A stretch of DNA of 64,000 bases from Actinomycetota bacterium (GTDB lineage: Bacteria > Actinomycetota > Acidimicrobiia > Acidimicrobiales > Ilumatobacteraceae), in assembly GCA_016870215.1 (NCBI GenBank), contig VGCD01000001.1, forward strand, positions 57,838-121,837, in the 5' to 3' direction. How positions within the stretch are numbered: the first letter of the stretch is position 1; every line of letters starts with the position of its first letter. A program made the position numbers and the translations under genes. Shown piece after piece: positions 38,090-46,712 of this stretch. Below the pieces are notes generated by a model. The model had not been told where the DNA came from, did no database searches, and saw only the letters and a program-made list of their open reading frames with translations.

Positions 38090-39109
38090 ATGTCATCGAC
38101 CGGTAGGGCGGAGGGTGCACTCCGCGTGGGTGTCGTTGGTGCCGGTTCTTGGGGCACCACAGTCGCCTCGCTCACAGCGGTCAATGCCCCTACCACACTG
38201 TGGGCACGTCGATCCGAGACCGCTGCTGTCATCAACTTGACGCACCGCAATCCTGAGTATCTCGGCGACATGCCGATTAATGAGTCCGTCATCGCGTCTG
38301 CATCGCTCGTCGAGTGTGTGGCATCGGCCGACGTAGTGGTGATGGCAGTTCCGTCACATGGTTTTCGAGAGGTGCTCAGCAACGCTGCTGCCCATATGCA
38401 ACCCGGTGTGCCTGTCGTCAGTTTGTCAAAAGGGCTAGAAGCCGGGACTTTTGCTCGAATGACAGAAGTCGTTCAATCGGTGCTTCCGAATCATCCCGTG
38501 GCTGTGCTCACTGGTCCGAATCTCGCACGGGAGATTGCGAGTGGTCAACCTGCAGCGAGTGTCATTGCAATCGCTGACGCATCAATGGGTGCAACTTTGC
38601 AATCGCTGTTTGCTACACCGATGTTCCGCGTGTACACGAACCCCGACATCGTCGGTTGCGAAATTGCAGGGGTGGTGAAAAACGTCATCGCGATTGCAGC
38701 CGGTATCGCTCGCGGCATGGGATTTGGTGAAAACACATTGGCAACACTCATCACACGTGGCCTCGCTGAAATTTCGCGGCTGGCGATGGCGATGGGTGCC
38801 AAGCCGCTCACGCTCGCCGGTCTCGCCGGCATGGGCGATCTCATCGCGACATGTTCGTCGACGCAAAGTCGGAACATGTCTGTCGGTATGCGCTTGGGAA
38901 AAGGTGAGACTCTCGAGCAGATCACCTCATCGATGAGCATGGTTGCAGAAGGGGTAAAGAGCAGTCCGTCGGTTCTCGAGCTGGCGTCACGTCACGGAGT
39001 GTCAATGCCAATCACCGAGCAAGTGGTGTCCGTATGTCGTGATGGAGTGTCTGCTTTCGATGCACTCATCAACTTGATGACGCGCAGTTCAAAGTTAGAA
39101 TTCGAGTGA
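38090..39109 (+). CDS. gpsA: NAD(P)H-dependent glycerol-3-phosphate dehydrogenase
   Basis: VGVVGAGSWGTTVA, SKGLE, LTGPNLAREIA, KNVIAIAAGI and GDLIATCSS..SRN. Confidence 0.9.
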   Translation: MSSTGRAEGALRVGVVGAGSWGTTVASLTAVNAPTTLWARRSETAAVINLTHRNPEYLGDMPINESVIASASLVECVASADVVVMAVPSHGFREVLSNAAAHMQPGVPVVSLSKGLEAGTFARMTEVVQSVLPNHPVAVLTGPNLAREIASGQPAASVIAIADASMGATLQSLFATPMFRVYTNPDIVGCEIAGVVKNVIAIAAGIARGMGFGENTLATLITRGLAEISRLAMAMGAKPLTLAGLAGMGDLIATCSSTQSRNMSVGMRLGKGETLEQITSSMSMVAEGVKSSPSVLELASRHGVSMPITEQVVSVCRDGVSAFDALINLMTRSSKLEFE

Positions 39110-39116
39110 TTCAACG

Positions 39117-40367
39117 ATGAAGAATTTCTTCAAGCGACGTCAGCTGCAGATTGCAGCAGATGTCAACGCAAAATACGTCGGCGTTCGTGGCGCGACGTGG
39201 CGAGCTCGAGTCGACGCAAGTGGAGTGCTGCACCCCACTGACGGGTCTGTGTCGACGTCGTGGCAGATTGCCGCTGCTGACACGTGGCACAATCCATCGC
39301 GCGAGCCGAGCACGCGGCAGAAGTGGTACGCCGGAACTCCGGTGGTGGAAACACGTGTGCGAGTGCCGGGTGGGGACGTTGCTGTTCGCATGTTCTGTGC
39401 TGCAGACATGGGTGGTGTGACCGTGTGGGAATTCGAGAACGAATCACCGTCCCCGGTGGTTGTCGGCTTCTCCCGGTCCGACGTACTCACATCGGTTCCA
39501 TCGTCGCCACCTCTTGGAACTGACTTGCCGCAGGGTTCCATCGCGCTGCCGCTCGGGCACCGCGGAACCACGAGAGTTGGACTTCTTCATTCGCGACCGC
39601 ACACAGGTCAACTTCCAGACGATGTACCGCGAGCACCAGCCGTTGTTCGAGGGTGGGAGGCCGCTGCGGAGGTTCCGTCGCGCTTGGTGCTTCCCGAGCA
39701 TTCGCTGACATCTCGGATTGTCGAATTCCGCACGCAACTACTGCTCAACGAAGCGAGCTTTGATGTTTCGCCACATTCTCGTATCGAGTTGCTACGGCTT
39801 GGCGAGGTGGATGACGAGTGGGCACTTGGCCTGTCGCGCATTGCCGAAGACATCGTCGTCGCGCAACGTCGACGACCATCGCTCTCATGGGACACACCTT
39901 GGCTGCTCACGAACATTGCAGCTCTCTCAAATCGATTGGGCGATGAAACATTGGCAAGCGATGTGATTGCCGCAATGTTGCGACTTGCTGACCGCGATGT
40001 TGAACCAATTCCTGGTGAAGTGGAAGAGCTGTCACAAGTGGTGGCGTGGGCTGAATCACTACTTGTGCGCCCGTCACTTGCCGGAGGTCGATGCACGGTG
40101 TTTCCCGATGGCATTCCCCGGACATGGTGGGGTCAAAACCTCGAGTGGCATCGCCTCGCAGCAGATGCAGCGCGCACACTGTCAGGAGCGGTTCGATGGC
40201 ACGGGTCGCGACCAGCGCTGCTGTGGGAGACATCGGGGCCTGCCGGGCTTGTTATTGATGCGTCACGCGGTGACGATGCATGGCACACCACGCAGCCTTC
40301 TGGCGAGACGTTGCTGCCAGAGCCAGGACCAGTCAGCGATGATCTCGCCGATGTGGTGTCTGACTGA
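39117..40367 (+). CDS. hypothetical protein (416 aa) in the gpsA-rnhB operon
   Basis: Long uninterrupted ORF, 7 nt after gpsA and 5 nt before rnhB. I recognise no family. Confidence 0.55.
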   Translation: MKNFFKRRQLQIAADVNAKYVGVRGATWRARVDASGVLHPTDGSVSTSWQIAAADTWHNPSREPSTRQKWYAGTPVVETRVRVPGGDVAVRMFCAADMGGVTVWEFENESPSPVVVGFSRSDVLTSVPSSPPLGTDLPQGSIALPLGHRGTTRVGLLHSRPHTGQLPDDVPRAPAVVRGWEAAAEVPSRLVLPEHSLTSRIVEFRTQLLLNEASFDVSPHSRIELLRLGEVDDEWALGLSRIAEDIVVAQRRRPSLSWDTPWLLTNIAALSNRLGDETLASDVIAAMLRLADRDVEPIPGEVEELSQVVAWAESLLVRPSLAGGRCTVFPDGIPRTWWGQNLEWHRLAADAARTLSGAVRWHGSRPALLWETSGPAGLVIDASRGDDAWHTTQPSGETLLPEPGPVSDDLADVVSD

Positions 40368-40372
40368 AGGTC

Positions 40373-41031
40373 ATGGCCGCGACTCGGCGCATTGCTCCGC
40401 CAACACTGGAAATCGAGAAGCAACTGTTCACGAGCGGACACGCAACCGTTGCTGGCATTGACGAAGTGGGACGTGGAGCTATCGCCGGACCGGTGTGCGT
40501 GGGTGTAGTCGTCGTCACCGCAACGTGTGGTGACATTCCGCCGGGTCTCACTGACAGCAAGTTGTTGAGTGCGAAGCGACGAGAGGAACTGTGTCAACCG
40601 GTGGCGGACTGGGCACACGCCGCATCACTTGGGTGGGCGAGCGCAGGAGAAATCGATGCGCATGGCATCGTGCCTGCATTGCGACTCGCCGCGGAGAGAG
40701 CGCTGGCGTCGCTGTCTGTCGCACCAACTGCGGTGGTGTGGACGGCTCACATGATTGGCTCCGTCGCGCGACGCGAGTGAACGACGCAAACGCCGCCGCA
40801 TTCGCCGGAGAAGTGGTGGTTCTTCCAAAGGCCGACCAACGCTGTGCGAGCGTGAGTGCAGCCAGTGTCTTGGCAAAAGTTCGCCGTGACGCGCTGATGG
40901 CAGAGTTATCAACGGCGCACCCTGAGTACGGATGGGAAGACAACAAGGGATACGGTTCGGCTGCTCACCGCGCAGCGATCGCTTCGCTCGGGCCAACCGA
41001 GCACCACCGCGTCAGTTGGAACTTGGTGTGA
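40373..41031 (+). pseudogene. rnhB: ribonuclease HII, interrupted by a -1 frame change near 40736-40740
   Basis: Frame A (40373-40780) gives GIDEVGRGAIAGPV...DSKLLSAKRRE. Frame B (to 41031) gives VDGSHDW...KADQRCASVSAASVLAKVRRD...DNKGYGSAAH...HHR. Joined at GTG-GTG-(G)TG-GAC they form one colinear RNase HII. The total length of 659 nt is not a multiple of 3. Confidence 0.75.
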
Positions 41032-41049
41032 TGAGTTCTCTGTGCGTTC

Positions 41050-42309
41050 TTAGTTGACGCGCATCTGATTGAACGGCGTGTTCGAGTCGATGCCGGCATC
41101 TTTTGGCAAGCCGAGCACTCGTTCTCCCACGATGTTGCGCATCACTTCGTCGGATCCACCGGCGATGCGAAGGCCCGGCGTGCCGAGCACGAGGCCGTTC
41201 CACGCGTATGTTCCCCATTCGCCGGTGTCGGCTTGAATCTTCGCGCCGAGAACCTTCGATACGAAGGCACCAAGTCGGGTTTGGTTGGCGGTGAGAGCCA
41301 TCTTTGCGATTGACAGCTCGGGCCCAGGTGTCTGACCTGCGCGAACCTTTGCCATCGCACGTGTGTTGGTGAGCGAAGCAACTTTGTAACGGCCCCAGAT
41401 GTCGGCGAGTTCGTTGCGCACAATGGGGTCGTTGTCCAGTCCGTAATGGCGCAACATGGCGACGATGCGGTCAAAAATCGCCTTGTCACCTCCGCCAGAT
41501 CCACCACCGTTGACGCCAATTGACGCACGCTCGTTCATGAGTGTCGTGAGTGCCACGTTCCAACCGTTGTTGACATCTCCGAGGCGATGGTCGTCGCGCA
41601 CGCGAACTTCGTTGAAGAACACTTCGTTGAAGCCCGTTCCACCGTTCATCTGCTTGAGCGGACGAATTTCGATGTTGGGGTCGTGCATGTCGACGATGAA
41701 GCCAGTGAGTCCCTTGTGCTTCGGCAATGAAGGGTCAGTACGACAAATCACTTCTCCGATATCGCTGTAATGCGCACCAGAAGTCCACACTTTCTGACCG
41801 GTGATGATCCATTCGTCGCCGTCACGTTCGGCCTTGGTGGTGAGTGATGCGAGGTCTGATCCGGCACCTGGTTCGGAGAACAACTGACATCCGATGATGT
41901 CGCCGCGCCACATCTTCTTCAGGTACAACTCTTTCGCCAATTCGGTTGCGTGCGCGAGAATCGTCGGCGCAACCATTCCTAAGCCGATGCCGAAACAGCT
42001 TTGACCTGGAACTCGGTATTGCGCTTCGAGTTGGCCGTAGAGACGGTCATACGACGCTGGTAGTTCGCGACCACCTAGTGAACGTGGACCGGTGACCCAA
42101 CCGAAGCCTGCATCGAACTTCTTCTGTCGCCATGCTTTGGCAAGTTCGACACCTTTCAATTCGTTGTCACGTGATCGCTCTTCACCACCAAACGGGGACT
42201 CTGAACCTTCACCCCAGACGAATGCCTTTTCGGGTGGACGCTTCTCCGCGTTTGCGTCGAGGAAATCGACCGCTTCCTTCTCGAACACTTCAAGGGTGAT
42301 GTCAGCCAT
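41050..42309 (-). CDS. acyl-CoA dehydrogenase
   Basis: CQLFSEPGAGSDLASLTTKAERDGDEWIITGQKVWTSGA and a C-terminal ACAD pattern. ATG 42309 lies 7 nt after TACCGT; the ORF-track start is 42339. Confidence 0.85.
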   Translation of the reverse strand: MADITLEVFEKEAVDFLDANAEKRPPEKAFVWGEGSESPFGGEERSRDNELKGVELAKAWRQKKFDAGFGWVTGPRSLGGRELPASYDRLYGQLEAQYRVPGQSCFGIGLGMVAPTILAHATELAKELYLKKMWRGDIIGCQLFSEPGAGSDLASLTTKAERDGDEWIITGQKVWTSGAHYSDIGEVICRTDPSLPKHKGLTGFIVDMHDPNIEIRPLKQMNGGTGFNEVFFNEVRVRDDHRLGDVNNGWNVALTTLMNERASIGVNGGGSGGGDKAIFDRIVAMLRHYGLDNDPIVRNELADIWGRYKVASLTNTRAMAKVRAGQTPGPELSIAKMALTANQTRLGAFVSKVLGAKIQADTGEWGTYAWNGLVLGTPGLRIAGGSDEVMRNIVGERVLGLPKDAGIDSNTPFNQMRVN

Positions 42310-42384
42310 GGGCGTCACGGTACTTGTCCTTTTTCGCACCGGCGAAGCCGTGCTCGTACAGGCTGCTCAACTAGCCTTTGGCCA

Positions 42385-42846
42385 ATGGGTCAGCCGGTCG
42401 CAGTCGAACACAAGCCAGGCACCGATGCGCAGGTGCTGCGTTTCGAGACCAACCGTTCGCTGACTGGGCAGGGCCACGAGCGCTTTGCATCCATCGGCCA
42501 GGCCACCGGCGACCGTCCAGCTGCCGCTGTGGCGCGCCGGTTGTTCGAGTCAGGCCAGGTGCAGGCGGTACACGTGTTCTCGAACGTCATCACGGCCTAT
42601 CTCAACCCCGGTGCGTCATCAGTTGGACTGTCAGACATCGTTCGTGATCTGTACCAGTACTGGAAGCCGGGCATGACTCCGCCAAGCGAAGAAGAGTTGA
42701 TGGCTCAGGTGGAAGCCCCCGCAGAGGCAGCTGCAGCAGCCACCGGCGATGGTGCAGGGGCGGCAGTCGTTGATTCACGGGTGCCAGCACATCTGCTCGA
42801 GCGCAGCCGTCTGGCACGCGAACGGTGGATGGCCAACAACGGCTGA
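42385..42846 (+). CDS. Nfu/NifU N-terminal-like domain protein
   Basis: Pattern VLRFETNRSL...AARRLFESGQVQAVHVFSNVITAYL resembles the Nfu_N scaffold domain. ATG lies 7 nt after TAGCCT. Confidence 0.45.
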   Translation: MGQPVAVEHKPGTDAQVLRFETNRSLTGQGHERFASIGQATGDRPAAAVARRLFESGQVQAVHVFSNVITAYLNPGASSVGLSDIVRDLYQYWKPGMTPPSEEELMAQVEAPAEAAAAATGDGAGAAVVDSRVPAHLLERSRLARERWMANNG

Positions 42847-42903
42847 AACCTTTTCCAGATTGTTGACAGCACAATCACGCATGGTTCTCTGACCGTTCGT
42901 ACG

Positions 42904-43785
42904 GTGGACAACGTGGTGGAAACCGGAATGACGCGAATCAGCCTGCAAGAGGCTGCTGCCCAGTTGGGCGTCCACTACATGACGGCGTATCGCTACATGC
43001 GCCAGGGTCAGCTGCAGGCCACCAAGGTCGGCGGGGTGTGGCAAGTCGACATTGCCGATTTGGAGCAATTCAAGGCTGCCCAATCAGCCCCACCAGTGGC
43101 GAGTGGTCCGGGCAGTGGTCGCAAGAGTGCCCCGTGGAGCCAGCGCCTCGAAGCGCGTTTGCTGGCAGGTGACGGAACCGGTGCGTGGTCGGTGGTCGAG
43201 TCAGCAATCGACAGTGGTACCGATGTCGACGAGGTGTATCTCGATGTCATTGCACCTGCGTTGGTGTCGATTGGTGCGCAGTGGAGGCGCGGCGAAATCG
43301 ACATCTTTATCGAGCATCGTGCAACCGGAATCGCCACTCGTCTCGTTGGTCAACTCGGTGCACGTTGCGCACGTCGTGGTCGCACCAAAGGAACAGTCGT
43401 TCTCGGTGGACCACAAGGCGAGACACATGCACTCGCAGTGTCAATGCTCGCCGATGTCATTCGTTTGTCTGGTTACGAAGTGTTCGATCTTGGGGCCGAC
43501 ACCCCTGCAGAATCATTCGTGAGTGCGGCGCGTAACGTCGACAGCCTCGTTGCGGTGGGTGTCAGCTGTTTCACCGACTTGTCCAAGGACAGTGCGCAAG
43601 AGGCCATCGCCAGTCTTCGCAAAGAAATTGACCCGTCAGTGGTGGTGTTCCTCGGCGGCGCATCCATTCCTGATCAAGAGACAGCTCAGTCCCTTGGTGC
43701 GGATGAGTGGGCGAGAGACGCTCGTGACTTCGTGGAAACCCTCGAGCGAGTGCTGAAAGAACGCAACAAACAGCGCGCTGGCTGA
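42904..43785 (+). CDS. MerR/excisionase-type HTH fused to a cobalamin (B12)-binding domain, CarH/LitR-like regulator
   Basis: HTH ISLQEAAAQLGVHYMTAYRYMRQGQL. W-x9-EH motif (AQWRRGEIDIFIEH). ExH B12 ligand motif (GETHALAV). Distal FLGG. The start may be GTG 42913 (7 nt after TACGGT) or ATG 42928. Confidence 0.7.
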   Translation: MDNVVETGMTRISLQEAAAQLGVHYMTAYRYMRQGQLQATKVGGVWQVDIADLEQFKAAQSAPPVASGPGSGRKSAPWSQRLEARLLAGDGTGAWSVVESAIDSGTDVDEVYLDVIAPALVSIGAQWRRGEIDIFIEHRATGIATRLVGQLGARCARRGRTKGTVVLGGPQGETHALAVSMLADVIRLSGYEVFDLGADTPAESFVSAARNVDSLVAVGVSCFTDLSKDSAQEAIASLRKEIDPSVVVFLGGASIPDQETAQSLGADEWARDARDFVETLERVLKERNKQRAG

Positions 43786-43794
43786 GCCAGAAAC

Positions 43795-43814
43795 TACCGA
43801 ACATATGTTCGGTA
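43795..43814. promoter_or_regulatory. LexA (SOS) box, 20-bp perfect palindrome, overlapping the imuA' -10 region
   Basis: TACCGAACATATGTTCGGTA contains the actinobacterial GAAC-N4-GTTC core. The -10 TACAGT (43813-43818) lies 6 nt before ATG 43825. Confidence 0.75.
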
Positions 43815-43824
43815 CAGTGGGGTC

Positions 43825-44457
43825 ATGTCGAATGTGGCCCATCAATCCGCTCGAGAGACAGCGTCGTTATCTGATCTCACGTCCGGACATGTGCTCGACG
43901 GTGCGCTCTTTGCAGCCCGACACGCGGCACACGACATCGTCGCAGTCGATGAACCACTGAATGTCGCCTTCGATGTCGGTGGCATGCGTCGCGGAACTGT
44001 GAACGTGTGCACCGGTGTCGCGGCTGTCTCCTCGGCACTCACGTTGGTTGCTGCCAACACTCGACAAGGTGCGTGGTTGGCGTGTGTCGATGTGCCGTTT
44101 CTTTCTATGAGCGCTGCTGAAGAACACGGAGTGGCACTCGAACGTGTGGTGCGTGTCGAGGTGCCGTCCACTGCCCCCCGCGCACGGGTCCTTGGTGCGC
44201 TCATCGAAGGTTTCGATGTTGTGTTGTTGTCGAAGTGGGGATGCAGTCCGAGTGAGGTACGTCGACTCGTGGCGCGTGTCCGTGCTCTCTCCACTTTGCT
44301 GGTGGTGTTGGAACACTCCGACATGTGTGTCGCCGATACGCATCTGCACACCAGTGCCGCCCGTTGGTGTGTCGACTCGCATGCGCGTCATCGTGAAGTT
44401 GCTCTCGATGTGAGTGGCAAACGGGTGCGTCCACGCCGATGCACGGTGCACGTGTGA
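43825..44457 (+). CDS. imuA': ImuA'-like mutasome accessory protein (RecA/SulA-fold, no Walker A)
   Basis: 210 aa, directly behind a LexA box and overlapping imuB. The assignment is mainly by position in an imuA'-imuB-dnaE2 arrangement. Confidence 0.55.
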   Translation: MSNVAHQSARETASLSDLTSGHVLDGALFAARHAAHDIVAVDEPLNVAFDVGGMRRGTVNVCTGVAAVSSALTLVAANTRQGAWLACVDVPFLSMSAAEEHGVALERVVRVEVPSTAPRARVLGALIEGFDVVLLSKWGCSPSEVRRLVARVRALSTLLVVLEHSDMCVADTHLHTSAARWCVDSHARHREVALDVSGKRVRPRRCTVHV

Positions 44458-46070
44458 ACGAGGCGCAACCACGCCTGTCATCTGCGGCCGTGTCAATTGC
44501 GACACAGCCGGTGCGCACCGCAGCCGTGGTCTTCCCACATTGGGTGAGCGTCGTCGGCACTGCAGGCCAACCCGCTGGTGCTGCCATACGCGCAGAAGAA
44601 GCAGCACAACGCGAGTTCGAGTACGTCGTGCGCCGCATCACTGACATGGCTCCACTTGTGCATGTTCATGCTCCAGGTGTCGCGTTGTTGTCCAGTCGCG
44701 GTCCTTCGCGTTACTTCGGTGGCGATGATGCAATGGCTCGTCACTTGCACGACATCTCGTGCCATCACATGTCGCGCGATCACATGTCGCGCAATGATCT
44801 GGCGAAAACTCAGTTACTTCAACACGGTGTCGGTGTGGCTGATGGTCGGTGTGCCGCGCTGGTGGCAGCTCATGTGGCGGCACACCGTGGTGAGCCTGTC
44901 GTCGTGCCTGTCGGAGGTTCGCAACGTTTTCTCGCACCGGCACCGGTATCGGTGCTTGAAACATGTGCCGACATCTCGGCAGACACCGTGCACTTGTTGG
45001 TTCGACTCGGCATGAAAACGTGTGGCGCCGTGGCGGACATCGAAGAACGTCTCCTCATCGACCGTTTCGGCGACGAAGGCCGACGCATTTTCCATTTGGT
45101 GCACGGAGTCGACGTCGAACACTTGGTGCCTCAGGTGCCACCGTCAGATTTCTCGCGCCGGTGGGCCTCTGACGAACCATTGCCCACGGTGTCCATGGTG
45201 CTTGGTCATGTGCAACGTGACTGTGTCGGCATCGTCGGTGCAATGGCTGATCGCGGAGTGCAATGCACGCGCATGCACATCGCAATCGAAAGTGACCATG
45301 GCGAGGACAACCAACGTGTGTGGCATCAACCGCGCGGGTTCACCGCCACCGGTTTGCTCGACAGACTGCGCTGGCAGTTGTCGGGTTGGGGAGCGCAGGC
45401 TCACGCCGCCACTCCCACTGCAGGCATCGTGAGTGTGCGTTTTGAGCCACTCGAAGTATGTGTCGCTGCGTGCACGCAAGAAGAGTTGTGGGGCGGGTCA
45501 CGCGAGCGTGATGAGCGGGCATCTCGTGCGGTCACCATGGCGCTGTCAGTGCATCCACAAGTGGTCGCCACGGTCATTGAATGGGCAGGTGGTCGCAGCG
45601 GAGCCACTCAGTTCGACGACATCGATGCGCGAGTCATTGATCTCACCGATTCAACGGCAGCGCGACAACGAGTCAATGAAGGTCAAGGTGCGGCACGTCA
45701 ATGGAGTGGGGCACTACCGCGACCTTTGCCCACCACGGTGTTCACATCAGCTTTCAAGGTGCAACTGCTTGATCAAGAACAGCGTTCCGTGTTCGTCACG
45801 GGTCGACATGAGTTGTCTGCTTCTCCTGTGTTCGTTGTTGTCAACACACCGCATCACGCAATGGCACAAACACTGAAGTCCGGAACGTTCACCATCACGT
45901 CATGGGCAGGGCCGTGGCCGGTGGAAGAGCGATGGTGGGACCCTGTTCGTCGGCGACGCTTGGCACGCCTACAGGTGGTCGTTGATACTGAACCTGGCGC
46001 ACGCAACGAGGTGGTGCTGCTGTTGTGTGCCGAGAAACGTGAGTGGTCGCTCACGGCTATGTACGAGTAA
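44439..46070 (+). CDS. imuB: ImuB, Y-family polymerase-like mutasome subunit
   Basis: About 540 aa with Y-family-like N-terminal architecture (AAVVFPHW...LVHVHAPGVALLSSRGPSRYFGGDD). Located between imuA' and dnaE2. An alternative GTG start at 44454 forms GTGA with the imuA' stop. Confidence 0.7.
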   Translation: MHGARVNEAQPRLSSAAVSIATQPVRTAAVVFPHWVSVVGTAGQPAGAAIRAEEAAQREFEYVVRRITDMAPLVHVHAPGVALLSSRGPSRYFGGDDAMARHLHDISCHHMSRDHMSRNDLAKTQLLQHGVGVADGRCAALVAAHVAAHRGEPVVVPVGGSQRFLAPAPVSVLETCADISADTVHLLVRLGMKTCGAVADIEERLLIDRFGDEGRRIFHLVHGVDVEHLVPQVPPSDFSRRWASDEPLPTVSMVLGHVQRDCVGIVGAMADRGVQCTRMHIAIESDHGEDNQRVWHQPRGFTATGLLDRLRWQLSGWGAQAHAATPTAGIVSVRFEPLEVCVAACTQEELWGGSRERDERASRAVTMALSVHPQVVATVIEWAGGRSGATQFDDIDARVIDLTDSTAARQRVNEGQGAARQWSGALPRPLPTTVFTSAFKVQLLDQEQRSVFVTGRHELSASPVFVVVNTPHHAMAQTLKSGTFTITSWAGPWPVEERWWDPVRRRRLARLQVVVDTEPGARNEVVLLLCAEKREWSLTAMYE

Positions 46071-46106
46071 TAGCGATGTACGAGTAATAGCTATGAGCGA
46101 GTAATG
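46056..46106 (+). repeat. 3 x 17-bp tandem repeat spanning the imuB stop
   Basis: GCTATGTACGAGTAATA / GCGATGTACGAGTAATA / GCTATGAGCGAGTAATG. Each copy contains ATG-NNN-GAG-TAA. Confidence 0.85.
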
Positions 46107-46130
46107 CAGGTGTTCTGCCACACTGTGTGA

Positions 46131-46658
46131 ATGGGCATAGATGAGTTGCTGAGTGTGCTCATTGCTCACTCACCGGTCGATGAACGTGAAGCTCGGTCGA
46201 TTGCACAGATGCTCGATGTCATTCCCACGCTGTCGGCACCGTTCGACGAAGAAGCTGATGCAGTTCACATCACTGCTTCTGCATTGGTGGTCGACAACCC
46301 CGATCATGTGCGCCATGTCGTGTTACACAAGCACAAGCGTCTCGGATTGTGGTTACAACCCGGCGGACACATCGAGACCGGTGAGACGATTGCAGTGGCA
46401 GCCTTACGTGAAGCGCGAGAAGAGACCGGGCTCAATGTGGCCCACCCTGTCGTCGAGCGGTTCCTTCACTGTGACGTGCATCCTGGCCCGCGTGGACACA
46501 CCCACCTTGATGTGCGGTACGTAGTGGTGGCTCCGTTCGTGGCTCCGAACCCGCCGGCCGGAGAGAGCCAAGAGGTGCGCTGGTTCACGCTGGATGATGC
46601 CTTGGCAATCGCTGATGCCGGCCTGCGCGGGGCATTGGTGGCCGTAAGCCGGCCGTAG
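46131..46658 (+). CDS. NUDIX hydrolase
   Basis: Nudix box GGHIETGETIAVAALREAREETGL. Confidence 0.85.
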   Translation: MGIDELLSVLIAHSPVDEREARSIAQMLDVIPTLSAPFDEEADAVHITASALVVDNPDHVRHVVLHKHKRLGLWLQPGGHIETGETIAVAALREAREETGLNVAHPVVERFLHCDVHPGPRGHTHLDVRYVVVAPFVAPNPPAGESQEVRWFTLDDALAIADAGLRGALVAVSRP

Positions 46659-46682
46659 GGCAGAAACTTTTGCCTCTGGCGA

Positions 46683-46701
46683 TACGAACATATGTTCGGT
46701 A
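46683..46701. promoter_or_regulatory. LexA (SOS) box in front of dnaE2
   Basis: TACGAACATATGTTCGGTA. The 18-mer CGAACATATGTTCGGTAC is identical to the imuA' box. The -10 TACGCT (46700-46705) lies 7 nt before ATG 46713. Confidence 0.75.
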
Positions 46702-46712
46702 CGCTCCGTCAA

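Noticed and set aside
40730-40745. Programmed -1 ribosomal frameshift in rnhB.
   Set aside because: There is no X-XXY-YYZ slippery heptamer and no obvious downstream pseudoknot, and RNase HII is not known to be recoded. An indel, real or artefactual, is more likely.
43781-46712. RecA-NDp/PafBC-type boxes at the imuA', dnaE2, pafB and exonuclease promoters.
   Set aside because: Checking 8 nt upstream of each -10 hexamer found no TGTCR-like element. Only the LexA boxes are supported there.
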